Assembly (NCBI GenBank): GCA_052035195.1
Contig: JBPOHU010000009.1
Location: 34,107-98,106, forward strand
Reading direction: 5' to 3'
Length of the DNA stretch: 64,000 nt
Origin: Candidatus Nomurabacteria bacterium
GTDB lineage: Bacteria > Patescibacteriota > Minisyncoccia > Phycocordibacterales > UBA9973
Shown: positions 1-10,388 of the stretch, in pieces
How positions within the stretch are numbered: position 1 is the first letter of the stretch
How the letters are laid out: each line of letters begins with the position of its first letter
Translations under genes and position numbers: made by a program
The notes under the pieces: generated by a model
Told to the model about the DNA's origin: nothing
Databases searched by the model: none
Seen by the model: the letters and a program-made list of their open reading frames with translations, nothing else

Positions 1-57
1 GAAATATCGCGCATGCCTCTTGGGCTACTTAGTTCTTGTCCACTTTTCTTTTTTTCG

Positions 58-651
58 TTAGGTATTTTGTTCATAATTTATTTTTCCTGGTAGATAATCT
101 ATTTCTGATAGAGGTAATAGTCGTAGCAATGCTCGTCCTCGAAGATTGGCTTTTGGTAATGTACCCCAACTTCTAGAATCAAAACTTCCAGCTCTGTTGT
201 CTCCCATAACGAAGTATTGATCTTCTGGAACTTTCACAGTCATTTCATTTGCGCTTTTATGGGTAATAAACTCTTCTTTTAGAGTGAAGCCTTTTGGAAA
301 TTCATCGTTAGTTATAGTGATAGTAGAGCCTTTGATAGAAACAGTGTCTCCAGGCAATCCTATGACACGCTTAATAAAAAACTTTGTCGGTTCAGGAGGT
401 GCTCGAAATACAACAACATCTCCACGCTCTGGTTCGCTAAAACGATAAGTAACTTCATCAATCAAAAGGTAGTCTTTTGTCTTGAGTGTTGGGTCCATAG
501 ACTCACCGTTAACAACAAAAGGTCTAATAATAAACTGTTGAATAATCATAGCTAAGACTATCGCTGTTGCTATGTAGAGTACATTTTCCCCAAAGATTCT
601 CAAACGAGACTTCCCTTGAGACTGCATTTGTACTGCCTGGTTTTCTTCCAT
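58..651 (-). CDS. lepB: signal peptidase I
   Basis: N-terminal TM, catalytic GESMDPT (Ser) and FIKRVIG (Lys), GDNR..S.DSR.WG box. Start trimmed to MEENQ (ATG at 651) because the longer ORF overlaps pth. Confidence 0.95.
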   Translation of the reverse strand: MEENQAVQMQSQGKSRLRIFGENVLYIATAIVLAMIIQQFIIRPFVVNGESMDPTLKTKDYLLIDEVTYRFSEPERGDVVVFRAPPEPTKFFIKRVIGLPGDTVSIKGSTITITNDEFPKGFTLKEEFITHKSANEMTVKVPEDQYFVMGDNRAGSFDSRSWGTLPKANLRGRALLRLLPLSEIDYLPGKINYEQNT

Positions 652-724
652 ATAAGTGCCCCTAGTATAAGCTATAAAAGGGTGGGCGACAAGAAAGCAT
701 TTTTGTAGTTTAATATAAGGATAT

Positions 725-1288
725 ATGGCAATAATTATTGGCCTTGGAAACCCAACGAAAAAGCATGAAGGAGACAGGCATAATGCCGGTTTTATGACTC
801 TCGACAGTTTTGCACAAAATAAAGATTTGTCTTTTGAAAATAAAAATATTTTTGATGCTTTGGTTTGTGAAGATGGAGATCTCTTGCTTGCGAAACCACA
901 AACATATATGAATGACTCTGGTCTCTCTGCGCAAAAATTATTTAAGCAATACAAAGAAATGCCGGTAGTTGTTTATGATGATATCGATATAAATATTGGT
1001 GAAGTGAAATGTTCTTTTGGTCGTGGTGCCGGAGGACATAACGGCGTGCAGAGCATTATCGATCACTTGGGTACCAAAGATTTCTTTCGTGTGCGTATCG
1101 GAGTGCGACCAGTACATGAAGAACTCAAGAGTCATATCTTGCCACCGGACGGATTTCAAAACTTCCTCCTCAAACCTTTTGCTCCATTTGAAACAGAGCT
1201 CAAAGAGCAGGGGATCAAAAAAGCAGTTGCTATCATCGAAGCTCTCAAAACCAAAACCTTTACTGAAATAATGACAGAGTTTAACTAA
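725..1288 (+). CDS. pth: peptidyl-tRNA hydrolase
   Basis: IIGLGNP, RHNAGF, KPQTYMNDSG, GGHNG, RVRIGV motifs. Confidence 0.97.
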   Translation: MAIIIGLGNPTKKHEGDRHNAGFMTLDSFAQNKDLSFENKNIFDALVCEDGDLLLAKPQTYMNDSGLSAQKLFKQYKEMPVVVYDDIDINIGEVKCSFGRGAGGHNGVQSIIDHLGTKDFFRVRIGVRPVHEELKSHILPPDGFQNFLLKPFAPFETELKEQGIKKAVAIIEALKTKTFTEIMTEFN

Positions 1289-1293
1289 AAATT

Positions 1294-1842
1294 ATGTCTA
1301 TAAAAATAACTTATTTTGTACACGGAACGACAGTTGATAATGAGAAAGAAATTTCTTCAGGCTGGTCTGATGTTGAGCTTTCTGATTTAGGAATAAAACA
1401 ATCTATTGAGCTAAAAGAAAAAACAAAAGATATGTATTTTGATGTTGTCTTTTGCTCTGATTTGCAACGAGCTGTAAAATCAGCCGAACTTACTTGGGAA
1501 GGTATATATCCAATTATTGTAGATGAAAGATTGAGAGAGTGTAATTACGGATATCTTAATGGTGCATCTTCTGCTATCGTAGAGCCAATGCAAGAAGAAG
1601 AGTGTCTTGAGAAACCATTTCCAAATGGAGAAAGCTATGAAGATGTGAAAAAGCGTATTGCTGATTTTCTTGAATTTCTTAAAAATAACTATGACGGTAA
1701 ACATGTAGCTATAGTTGCTCACAAAGCGCCACAAATAGCACTCGATGTATTACTGAAAGGAAAGACATGGCATGAAGCTCTCGCCTCTGATTGGAGAAAG
1801 ACAAAGTCCTGGCAACCAGGGTGGGAGTATGAAGTAGTGTAA
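1294..1842 (+). CDS. histidine phosphatase (phosphoglycerate mutase-like) family protein
   Basis: YFVHG variant of the RHG motif, SDLQRA, LRECNYG, GES, IVAH. Confidence 0.85.
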   Translation: MSIKITYFVHGTTVDNEKEISSGWSDVELSDLGIKQSIELKEKTKDMYFDVVFCSDLQRAVKSAELTWEGIYPIIVDERLRECNYGYLNGASSAIVEPMQEEECLEKPFPNGESYEDVKKRIADFLEFLKNNYDGKHVAIVAHKAPQIALDVLLKGKTWHEALASDWRKTKSWQPGWEYEVV

Positions 1843-1957
1843 CGGTCATTTGCACTTATCCACAAGGTAAAGTAATATATCGACCTACCGCAAGGTATAA
1901 TTAAAATAAGAAAAACACCGCTGATCTGAAATTTCAAACGGTGTTTCTCTGATTGGC

Positions 1958-2095
1958 TTAAATCTCGTCTTTTGGCGAGATTTTTGCTTTTTGTTTCGAT
2001 GGTTCACTTAATGGTAATGGTGGTATATATTTCCCATTTGGGAGTTGGCACCACATAAAACCATTAGATGGATAACATCTAATAAATTTTGACAT
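1958..2095 (-). CDS. possible 45-aa small protein (MSKFIRCYPSNGFMWCQLPNGKYIPPLPLSEPSKQKAKISPKDEI)
   Basis: Hand-translated ORF below the track cutoff, in a 650-bp gap; no homology recognised. Confidence 0.3.
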   Translation of the reverse strand: MSKFIRCYPSNGFMWCQLPNGKYIPPLPLSEPSKQKAKISPKDEI

Positions 2096-2499
2096 ATGTT
2101 TTTTGCACCTGTCTATTTATTATTCTATTCTTTCGACAAAGAACGCTTTCATGCCAAGTGTCACATGCAGGGTGGAACTTTTTGTTTAGCCCCACTATCA
2201 AATTACTAATAATATTTTTTACTGAATAAACTGATAATGAGGAGAAACTAAACCTGTTACAATTTTATCATTATAATTCGATTTATAAGAAATAAACGGC
2301 TCCATTTTTTGTCTCTTAAAATAAAACTAAAAAATGTAAATATACTATGTCAAGAAAGCCTTATATTAAATGATTTTTTGGAATTCAAAAATCAGTTTTT
2401 AGCAGAAGCTAAGTAATTGATTACCTCAAAAACCACCTATTGTGGAAAAAAGCAACAAAAAAACCTCCCTGTTGAGCGGTTTTTTTGTTTCAAGATAGC

Positions 2500-3024
2500 T
2501 TATTCAACTTTCAAATCTTTTAAAATCTTATCTGCCATCTCTTTTGTACTCATTTCTCCTGAATCAAAAGTCTCTGTAGCAGGGTAAGTATTTTCTTCGT
2601 AAATCTTTGAAAGGATATCCATAGTTTCTTGGCTCATCATTGGTTTGTTTACTCTTTCTTGGCGTTCTGCAATACGCGCAGTACGCACGTCGGGATGAGC
2701 TTCTATTTTGTATACAAAGAAATCAGCATGATGACTATCTGCGATTTGTTTTAATTTCTCTACTTGCTCATTATTCATGCCCTGGTCAACAATGGTGCTA
2801 ATACCATTTTTTAGATATTCAGCGATCATTGCATCCGTAACGTTTCTACTTACTTCATTGTGTGATTCTATTTCTCGGAATTGAGATACATATCTTTTGA
2901 TGTGGTCTGTAGATACGTGGGCAGTATTTACCAAATCATTTTTTAGCATTTCTGCTAGAGTACTTTTCCCAGCTCCCGCAGACCCAAGAATTGCAACTAC
3001 AAAAGGTTTTTGTGTTTTATACAT
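2500..3024 (-). CDS. P-loop kinase / AAA_33-like ATPase
   Basis: Walker A GSAGAGKST, nucleotide-kinase-like size. Confidence 0.8.
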   Translation of the reverse strand: MYKTQKPFVVAILGSAGAGKSTLAEMLKNDLVNTAHVSTDHIKRYVSQFREIESHNEVSRNVTDAMIAEYLKNGISTIVDQGMNNEQVEKLKQIADSHHADFFVYKIEAHPDVRTARIAERQERVNKPMMSQETMDILSKIYEENTYPATETFDSGEMSTKEMADKILKDLKVE

Positions 3025-3041
3025 GAAGCTATTATATCCTA

Positions 3042-3084
3042 CTCAATAAAAATACCCCTCATATCGAGGGGTATTTTTATTGAG
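3042..3084. terminator. 19-bp-stem intrinsic terminator after rpsA
   Basis: CTCAATAAAAATACCCCTC-atatc-GAGGGGTATTTTTATTGAG perfect inverted repeat. Confidence 0.85.
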
Positions 3085-3087
3085 AGC

Positions 3088-4191
3088 TTATTCAGCTTTC
3101 TTTGTTTCTTCTTCCTTTGGAAGATCTTCTAGTTTTTGTTCACCGAAGACAAGAGTCATACGCTGTTCTTTTGGTTCGAACAAAGTCACAGTAAATGGAT
3201 AATTCTTGCCGAGTTGAAGAGCTTCTTTTAGTTTTTCTTCACCACCGAAAGTAGAGTTGTGGACTAGTCCAGCTACACCTTCTCGGATAGATACTAGAGC
3301 ACCATGCTTGTTGTATTTGATAACAACACCTTTGATAACATCTCCTTTCTTGAGAGTCTTTTCAAAAGCTTTCCAAGGATTATCTTTAAGAGCTTTGATA
3401 GAGAGAGAAATCTTTCCGTCTTTGATATCGATAATCTTTGCTTTTACTTTGTCCTTGAGTTTGAACATACTTCGAGGATCTTCTACAAGACCCCAGTCTA
3501 GTTCACTGATGTGTACGAGACCTTCTAGTCCGTCTTCAATCTTTAGAAATACTCCGAAGTCTACTACTCCTGTTACTTCACAAGATAGTTCGTCTCCTAC
3601 AGAGTATTTGCTGATCACTTCTTGTCGTTCTTCTGGGTTACCATCTTTTTCAGAGAAGATGAGTTTGCCATCTTTTGGATTTGCACTGATCATAGTCACT
3701 GCAATCTTTGTACCTACAAGTTTCTTGAGTTCTTTCAAGATTTTATCCTTGTCAGAGTCTTCTACACGAGGGTAGTGCTCAGGCTTGAGCTGTGATGCTG
3801 GTAGGAAACCAGATACACCTTGCCAGTCGATGATAAGACCACCTTTGTTGGCATCCTTGATAAGCAGGTCAAATACTGTTTTGTCTTTGATAGCAAATTC
3901 TGCTTCGCTCCAAATGAGGGCTTGCTTTGCTTCTTTAAGAGAGAGCTCTACATATCCGTCATCGTTTTCTACATCTACAACTTTCGCTTTGATGATGTCT
4001 CCAACGTTTGTTTTCTTTATAAGATCACGAACGGCGATATATTCTCGTCCATAAATAATACCTGTACCATATGGTGCTAGGTTTATATAAACAGCAGCTT
4101 TGTCGACTGCTATCACCGGTCCTTCTACAAGCTCGTCGAGAGCTGGTCGAACCTTCACTACTTCTTCTGTTGTTTTTGTTGTTTCTTCCAT
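3088..4191 (-). CDS. rpsA: 30S ribosomal protein S1 (four S1 domains)
   Basis: Repeated S1 motifs (GFLPASQL, FGVF...EGLVHISEL, ISLSIK). Start trimmed to MEETT at 4191. Confidence 0.92.
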   Translation of the reverse strand: MEETTKTTEEVVKVRPALDELVEGPVIAVDKAAVYINLAPYGTGIIYGREYIAVRDLIKKTNVGDIIKAKVVDVENDDGYVELSLKEAKQALIWSEAEFAIKDKTVFDLLIKDANKGGLIIDWQGVSGFLPASQLKPEHYPRVEDSDKDKILKELKKLVGTKIAVTMISANPKDGKLIFSEKDGNPEERQEVISKYSVGDELSCEVTGVVDFGVFLKIEDGLEGLVHISELDWGLVEDPRSMFKLKDKVKAKIIDIKDGKISLSIKALKDNPWKAFEKTLKKGDVIKGVVIKYNKHGALVSIREGVAGLVHNSTFGGEEKLKEALQLGKNYPFTVTLFEPKEQRMTLVFGEQKLEDLPKEEETKKAE

Positions 4192-4464
4192 AAAAATATC
4201 CTCTTTCGCCAAGGCTTCAGCGGGACAAGAAAAATGCCACGCAAAAGGTGGCGGTTCCCAAATCAATGGGGCCACCTTTTGGAGTTCTCTATTTGTTTCT
4301 GCAATCAGACTGACAAATGGAGGGTTAAATCCAAAAGGTTAATTGTTAATCACTCTCTATCAAGAGTGGGGGAACTATACCATGAAATAAGGGTTTTATC
4401 TACTTGACTTTTACCTATAAATATGCTATTATATAGATAATAAATCATTATGATTTAAACGTAT

Positions 4465-4845
4465 ATGAGGGATCGTAAGTCCTTAATTCTTTCAAAAATA
4501 AATATTGTCGTTATGGCACTAACATTTTTACCGACTGGAACTATTCAGGTCACAAATGGCCCGGGAAAATTTGACTTCATGAACAGTAATTTTGATTTTA
4601 AACAAATTGAATTTACTTGTGTAGAAAATGGAAGACAATTTAAGTTAGAAGGTCGTATCACTTTCTCTGGTCCAGAGGATGGATCAAAGGAAAGGTGGGT
4701 TGGTATGGCTTCTTTTTCAAACCCAAACAAGTCTCCAGGGGAAAGATTCTCCCCTAGAGAAGAAAGATCTTTTTATTACGATAGTAAAAAGAGGGCAGGG
4801 GTAATAATTGAAGCAGGTAAGGTATGGAAGATATGTAATTCTTAA
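4465..4845 (+). CDS. hypothetical protein
   Basis: 126-aa ORF with its own TTGACT/TATTAT promoter and a downstream terminator (4859-4886). Confidence 0.65.
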   Translation: MRDRKSLILSKINIVVMALTFLPTGTIQVTNGPGKFDFMNSNFDFKQIEFTCVENGRQFKLEGRITFSGPEDGSKERWVGMASFSNPNKSPGERFSPREERSFYYDSKKRAGVIIEAGKVWKICNS

Positions 4846-4915
4846 ATAATTACTTATGGCCGCTATGTAGCAATAGCGGCTTTTTTGTTTTCCTCATTTT
4901 TGCTATAGTAGAGCC

Positions 4916-5551
4916 ATGGTTATTACATATTTCGGAAAACAATACTGCAAGCTGGTTTTGGGGGACCTGACTATCGCTATCAATCCTCCTTCAAAAGAAT
5001 CAAAAGCAATGCCAAAGCCTCCACGCTTTGGAGCTGATATCGCTCTTATTACTACTCGTTATCCAGACTATAACGGATCAGAGACTGTTGCTCTAGGAGA
5101 CAAGGAACCTTTTGTTATAGACGGACCAGGAAGTTATGAGATCAAAGGTATTTTTATTACAGGAGCTAAAAGTGCTGTAACTATAGCAGGTAAAGAATAT
5201 ATCAATACTGTTTATGGTTTTGAGCTCGATGGTATCAAGGTAGCGGTTATGGGAGCTATTTCTGACGTTGCTACTTTGTCTCCAGAAGCCAAAGAAATAG
5301 CCGGAGCTTCTGACATGTTATTTATCCCTGTTGGAGGAGGAGAGGTATTTGATAGTGCCAAGGCTTATAAAGCAGCTACAAGTTTTAGTCCAAACGTAAT
5401 CATTCCTCTTGAAGCTGATGAAGACAGTCTCAAGAAGTTTTTGAAAGAAGGTGGACAAGAAAAGAATGAAATGGCAGACAAGGCTACTCTCAAGAGAAAA
5501 GATCTAGAAGGTAAAGAGAACTATATTATTCCTCTTATTCCTCAAGCTTAA
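4916..5551 (+). CDS. MBL-fold metallo-hydrolase-like protein (degenerate metal site)
   Basis: MVITYFG start, GPGSYEIKG, LFIPVGG, PNVIIP; the HxHxDH region reads TTRYPDYN. Confidence 0.75.
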   Translation: MVITYFGKQYCKLVLGDLTIAINPPSKESKAMPKPPRFGADIALITTRYPDYNGSETVALGDKEPFVIDGPGSYEIKGIFITGAKSAVTIAGKEYINTVYGFELDGIKVAVMGAISDVATLSPEAKEIAGASDMLFIPVGGGEVFDSAKAYKAATSFSPNVIIPLEADEDSLKKFLKEGGQEKNEMADKATLKRKDLEGKENYIIPLIPQA

Positions 5552-5559
5552 ATATTTTT

Positions 5560-5787
5560 ATGCAATTCCTCGAACAAAAACCAATACATGTTCGAAAAAA
5601 AATAGCACTTAGTATAACGGTTGGTATAGGAGCTGTTTTGGTTTTAGTGATGGCTTTCATATATTTGACAGGATCACAAGACAAAACTCGCTCTAGTGGG
5701 GAGTCAGCTTTCTTGCGTTTTTATGCAACGATTTTGGAGAATGCGCAATCATTTTTTACCCCTGAACGTGCTATAATAAAAGAATAA
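5560..5787 (+). CDS. small single-TM hypothetical protein
   Basis: One hydrophobic helix; directly follows the MBL-fold gene. Confidence 0.65.
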   Translation: MQFLEQKPIHVRKKIALSITVGIGAVLVLVMAFIYLTGSQDKTRSSGESAFLRFYATILENAQSFFTPERAIIKE

Positions 5788-5811
5788 TACACTGATAAAC
5801 CTAGTATAAAC

Positions 5812-8280
5812 ATGGCGAAAAAAGCAGAAACCCAGGAAACAATCCCAGAAGAACACGACAAAATTTTGTCGGTTAATATCGTTACCGAAATGCAAAAGTC
5901 ATATATTGACTATGCGATGAGTGTTATCACTGATCGAGCTTTGCCTGATGTTCGTGATGGTCTTAAACCTGTGCACCGAAGAATCTTGTATTCTATGTAT
6001 GAGAGTGGTTTTACTTCAAGTGCCAAGTTCGTAAAAAGTGCGCGTATTGTCGGAGATGTGCTCGGTAAATATCACCCTCACGGAGACACTAGTGTTTATG
6101 ACGCGATGGTAAACCTAGCCCAAGAATTCTCTACTCGTTATCAACTAGTACAAGGTCAAGGTAACTTTGGTTCTATTGATGGAGATGGCGCAGCAGCGAT
6201 GCGTTATACCGAGGCTCGCATGAGTAAGATAGCTAGTGACTTGGTTCGCGATATTGAAAAAAACACAGTTGATTTTCGTCCCAACTATGACGCTACTCGC
6301 AAAGAGCCTAGTGTTTTCCCGACTGCTATACCTAGTCTTTTATTAAATGGAACTCTCGGTATTGCTGTTGGTATGGCAAGTAACATTGCTCCGCACAATC
6401 TCTCTGAGATAGTGGATGCGTGTTTGCATTTGATTGAAAACGATGATGCTACAAATGAAGACTTGGCAGAAATAGTGAAAGGTCCAGACTTCCCAACAGG
6501 CGGACTCGCATTTAACAAAGCAGATATCGTACACGCTCTCTCTACTGGTCGCGGTGGAGTAGTATGTCGTGGTGAATCAGAAATAGCTGAACAAAAAAAC
6601 GGCTCATACCAAATCACTATCACATCACTTCCATATCGAGTTATACGAAGCAACTTCGTAGAATCTATCGCTACACTAGTTCAAGAAAAGAAACTCGAAG
6701 GTATCAAAGGGCTTGAAGATCATTCAGCCAAAGACATGCGTGTTGTGGTCACTTTGAAAAACGGTGTTAACCCACAAAAGGTTCTCAACTATCTATATAA
6801 ACACACACAACTCCAACAAACATTTCACTACAATATGGTGGCCCTAGTAGATGGAGTACCCGAGACTCTTTCTTTGAAGTCTATATTGAATGCTTTTATC
6901 GGTCACAGAGAAGTTGTAGTTAGACGAAGAACAGAATTTGATTTACAAAAAGCCAAAGACCGTGAGCATATATTGCTTGGTTTGAAAAAAGCACTCGACC
7001 ATATCGATCGTGTTATTACCATAATCCGTGAATCAAAAGATGCAGCACTTGCGAAGGTGAACTTGATGAAAGAGTTTAAATTCTCTGACTTACAAGCAAC
7101 TGCTATTTTGGAAATGCGACTTCAGAAGTTGGCTGGCCTTGAGCGAAAAGCTGTAGAACTCGAACTCAAAGAAAAACAAGAACTCATTGCAGAACTCGAA
7201 GCATTGCTCAAGAGTGCCAAGAAAATCTTTGCTGTTATCGCCAAAGAATTGGAAGAAGTAAAAGAAAAGTATGGTGATGAACGCAAAACCAAAATCATGA
7301 ATGGTGGTACAAACATGATCTCTGATGAGGACCTAGTTCCAGAAAAGGAAACAGTACTAGTGTTTACTGCAGGAGGATATGTAAAGCGTACCGATCCAAG
7401 TGAATACAAAGTACAACGCCGAGGAGGTGTAGGAGTGGTAGATTTGGAAACAAAAGAAGAAGACTTTGTTACTCAACTTCTCACCACTGACACTCACAGC
7501 GACTTGCTATTTTTCACCAACAAAGGAAAAGCATACCAAATCAAGATGTACGAACTTCCAGAAGGAAAGCGTGCCACAAAAGGTAAAAGCATCATGAACT
7601 ACCTCTCTCTTGCAGGAGATGAAAATGTTACTTCTATATTAGCTGTTCCAAAATCAGCAAAAGCTGAAAAGGCTTCGCTCATGCTTGTAACCAAAAAAGG
7701 TGTTGCAAAGAAAATCTCATATGAAAGCTTCAAAGACGTGCGTCGTAGTGGAATCATTGCTATTCGTCTTGATGCTGGAGATGAACTAGAAGCAGTACTA
7801 AGAGTACATAAAGGTCAAAGTATTATATTAGCAACATCAGAAGGTCAGTCTATACGTTTTGATGAATCTGATATCCGAGAAATGGGTCGCACTGCTGGAG
7901 GAGTTAGAGCTATGAAGCTTGGTAAACACGACAAACTAATCTGTGCTGATGTCGTAGAAAATGATAAGACTACGGAAGAAAAAAACTATATGCTGGTTAT
8001 GGGAGAAAATGGTATTGGTAAAAAGACTCCTATATCAGAATACAAAGTACAAAAACGTGGTGGCTCAGGTATAAAAACTGCCAAGATAACAACTAAGACA
8101 GGTAAGTTAATGGTTGGGAAAATAGTACAAGACGATATGGAGCTTGTTGCTATGAGTAAGAAAGGTCAAGTAATCAGGGTAGATTTAAATACTATTCCAG
8201 TAAGTGGCCGCCAAACTCAAGGTGTGACTATCATGAAGCTACGAGCAGGGGATACGTTGGCTTCGGTGACGTGTCTATAG
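5812..8280 (+). CDS. gyrA: DNA gyrase subunit A
   Basis: [23 protein letters not shown] catalytic Tyr, GyrA-box QRRGGVG, C-terminal pinwheel repeats. Confidence 0.98.
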   Translation: MAKKAETQETIPEEHDKILSVNIVTEMQKSYIDYAMSVITDRALPDVRDGLKPVHRRILYSMYESGFTSSAKFVKSARIVGDVLGKYHPHGDTSVYDAMVNLAQEFSTRYQLVQGQGNFGSIDGDGAAAMRYTEARMSKIASDLVRDIEKNTVDFRPNYDATRKEPSVFPTAIPSLLLNGTLGIAVGMASNIAPHNLSEIVDACLHLIENDDATNEDLAEIVKGPDFPTGGLAFNKADIVHALSTGRGGVVCRGESEIAEQKNGSYQITITSLPYRVIRSNFVESIATLVQEKKLEGIKGLEDHSAKDMRVVVTLKNGVNPQKVLNYLYKHTQLQQTFHYNMVALVDGVPETLSLKSILNAFIGHREVVVRRRTEFDLQKAKDREHILLGLKKALDHIDRVITIIRESKDAALAKVNLMKEFKFSDLQATAILEMRLQKLAGLERKAVELELKEKQELIAELEALLKSAKKIFAVIAKELEEVKEKYGDERKTKIMNGGTNMISDEDLVPEKETVLVFTAGGYVKRTDPSEYKVQRRGGVGVVDLETKEEDFVTQLLTTDTHSDLLFFTNKGKAYQIKMYELPEGKRATKGKSIMNYLSLAGDENVTSILAVPKSAKAEKASLMLVTKKGVAKKISYESFKDVRRSGIIAIRLDAGDELEAVLRVHKGQSIILATSEGQSIRFDESDIREMGRTAGGVRAMKLGKHDKLICADVVENDKTTEEKNYMLVMGENGIGKKTPISEYKVQKRGGSGIKTAKITTKTGKLMVGKIVQDDMELVAMSKKGQVIRVDLNTIPVSGRQTQGVTIMKLRAGDTLASVTCL

Positions 8281-8290
8281 GGAGGCGCTC

Positions 8291-8374
8291 GGAGATAGCA
8301 ATATCACTTTTTTGCTGCGGAACTCGCTAATCGCTCAGACATATCCTCGCTGCTAAAGTGATATTACTATCTCC
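8291..8374. repeat. long imperfect inverted repeat with an inner REP-like motif
   Basis: GGAGATAGcAATATCACTTT ... AAAGTGATATTaCTATCTCC encloses AACTCGCTAATCGCTCAGACA. Confidence 0.75.
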
Positions 8375-8524
8375 TCGCTTGGGAAGTTAGAGCAGAGTCC
8401 TCGTTGTGTAAATAATATATATCCTCCTTGCTTTTAAAACTAAATAATTAAAAATGTAGTTTTGTTTGCAACTTTACAAACTTTCTACTTTATAACTTTC
8501 TACTTACTGCTATACTATTAATAT

Positions 8525-9049
8525 ATGTTCATGAATCCTGCAGTTATGCTTTCGGCATGCAATCTACAAGTAACAGACTCTGTTGCTGATTTTGGTGCAG
8601 GGAGCGGATTCATGGCTCGCGCTATTGCGGGTATTGTTACTAGAGGAGATGTTTTTGCTATTGAAATAAACCGTGACTTAGTAGCACGTATTACTCACGA
8701 AGCAGAGGAAAACAAAATAACAAATCTGCATCCACTATGGGGAGATGTTGAGATACCAGGCGGATCAAAGCTTGGAGATGCAAGTGTTGATGTTGTAGTT
8801 TTTTCAAATATTTTATTTCAACTAGATGATAAGGCTGGAGCTTTGAGAGAAGCATATAGGGTGCTTAAAAATGGAGGGCATTTGTTAGTTGTTGATTGGC
8901 AAGAGTCTTTCAGTGGGCTTGGTCCAGCACCACAACATGTTTTCAATCAAAAGATGGCAGAAGATCTTTTAACTAATTTAGGCTTTACAAAATTATCAGA
9001 TAACTTGCCAGCCGGAGAGCATCACTATGCTATACTTTTTAAGAAATAA
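8525..9049 (+). CDS. class I SAM-dependent methyltransferase
   Basis: VADFGAGSG motif I, RVLKNGG.L.VVDW. Confidence 0.9.
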   Translation: MFMNPAVMLSACNLQVTDSVADFGAGSGFMARAIAGIVTRGDVFAIEINRDLVARITHEAEENKITNLHPLWGDVEIPGGSKLGDASVDVVVFSNILFQLDDKAGALREAYRVLKNGGHLLVVDWQESFSGLGPAPQHVFNQKMAEDLLTNLGFTKLSDNLPAGEHHYAILFKK

Positions 9050-9065
9050 TCCGCCAACTGGCGGA
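9050..9065. repeat. REP-like palindrome TCCGCCAnnTGGCGGA (copy 1)
   Basis: TCCGCCAACTGGCGGA; near-identical copies at 18123-18138 and 18578-18593. Confidence 0.8.
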
Positions 9066-9077
9066 CAAAAATAAAAA

Positions 9078-10388
9078 ATGAAATCTTCATTTCAAACAAT
9101 TTTAATAGGATTATTTATTGCATCTTTTATTGGTGCTATTCTTATTTTTGCTGGTGTTATAAAAATAGGTGGATCATCTTCTTCTACCGCTGTCTCTGGT
9201 AATGTTCGAGTGTGGGGTATTTATTCTCAAGATATTATTCAGCCATATATAGAGCAACTAAATATTCAAAACAGAACAATAATCACTTCTTATCTACAGA
9301 AAAATCCAGAAACCCTAAGAACAGAAATGATTGAAGCTTTAGCAAATGGTACCGCACCAGACTTGGTGATTGCGGGATCTGGAGAGCTTTTCTCTTTTAG
9401 AGACAAGCTCTATACCATACCCTTTGCTACTTATAACGAAAGACTTTTCCGAGATTCTTTTGTTGATGGTGCTTCTATTTTCTTGACGAAAGAGGGTGTT
9501 TTAGCTTCTCCACTTTTAGTAGATCCTTTAGTTGTTTATTACAACAAAGATCTTTTGGCAGGGCAAAGATATGTAACACCTCCAAATACTTGGACAGACC
9601 TTGTGAAATCACTACCTTTGTTTTTGAAGAAAGATTCTCGTGGTGTCATCACTCAGACTTCTATTGCACTTGGAGAGTCTTCAAACATACCTCATTTCAA
9701 AGACATTCTTTCTGCTTTGTTTTTGCAAACTGGTAATCCTATAGTTTCTATAAATAACCAAACAGGCCTATATGAACAAAGACTAACGACTTCTTATTCA
9801 GAAAACGCAGACCAGATGCCCGTTTCTACTGCGCTTGATTTTTATACAAGCTTTGCCAATCAAGCAAACTCTTTATTCTCTTGGTCTAGGACACTACCTT
9901 CATCTCTCGATATGTTCCTATCTGGTAAAAGCGCTTTTTATATAGGGAAAGCTAGCGAGCTATTTACTATCCAATCCCAAAATCCAAACCTTAACTTTGA
10001 TGTAACAACAATGTTCCAAAACGATGGCGCTACACGACCTCTAACTTTTGGGGACTTCAGTGGTGTGGGTATAGTCAAATCAAGTCCTAACTTTACTGCT
10101 TCATATAATATTGTCGGAGCTCTCACAAGCAAAGAATTCATTCAGTATTTATCTAGCTCAGTATCTGTGCCTTCAGCTCGAAGAGACTTGCTTTTAGAAG
10201 CTCAACAAAGTCCTTATGTTCAAGTATTTTTCCAAGCAGTATTATCAGCTTTCGGTTGGCCTGATATCAGTTCTTCAGCTACAGATACTATCTTTCGTGA
10301 TATGATAAGAAATGTTAATAGTGGTGCCTTTAATCCAACACAAGCAATATATGAAGCGTCTCGCGATTTACAGTCTATTGTTCGTTAG
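9078..10388 (+). CDS. extracellular solute-binding protein (sugar-binding family 1-like)
   Basis: N-terminal anchor, VRVWG, APDL, LVVYYNKDL, PPNTW, F.SGK.A. Confidence 0.85.
   Translation: MKSSFQTILIGLFIASFIGAILIFAGVIKIGGSSSSTAVSGNVRVWGIYSQDIIQPYIEQLNIQNRTIITSYLQKNPETLRTEMIEALANGTAPDLVIAGSGELFSFRDKLYTIPFATYNERLFRDSFVDGASIFLTKEGVLASPLLVDPLVVYYNKDLLAGQRYVTPPNTWTDLVKSLPLFLKKDSRGVITQTSIALGESSNIPHFKDILSALFLQTGNPIVSINNQTGLYEQRLTTSYSENADQMPVSTALDFYTSFANQANSLFSWSRTLPSSLDMFLSGKSAFYIGKASELFTIQSQNPNLNFDVTTMFQNDGATRPLTFGDFSGVGIVKSSPNFTASYNIVGALTSKEFIQYLSSSVSVPSARRDLLLEAQQSPYVQVFFQAVLSAFGWPDISSSATDTIFRDMIRNVNSGAFNPTQAIYEASRDLQSIVR

Noticed and set aside
652-954. N-terminal extension of the lepB ORF to 298 aa
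   Set aside because: It overlaps pth on the opposite strand; signal peptidase similarity starts after MEENQ at 651
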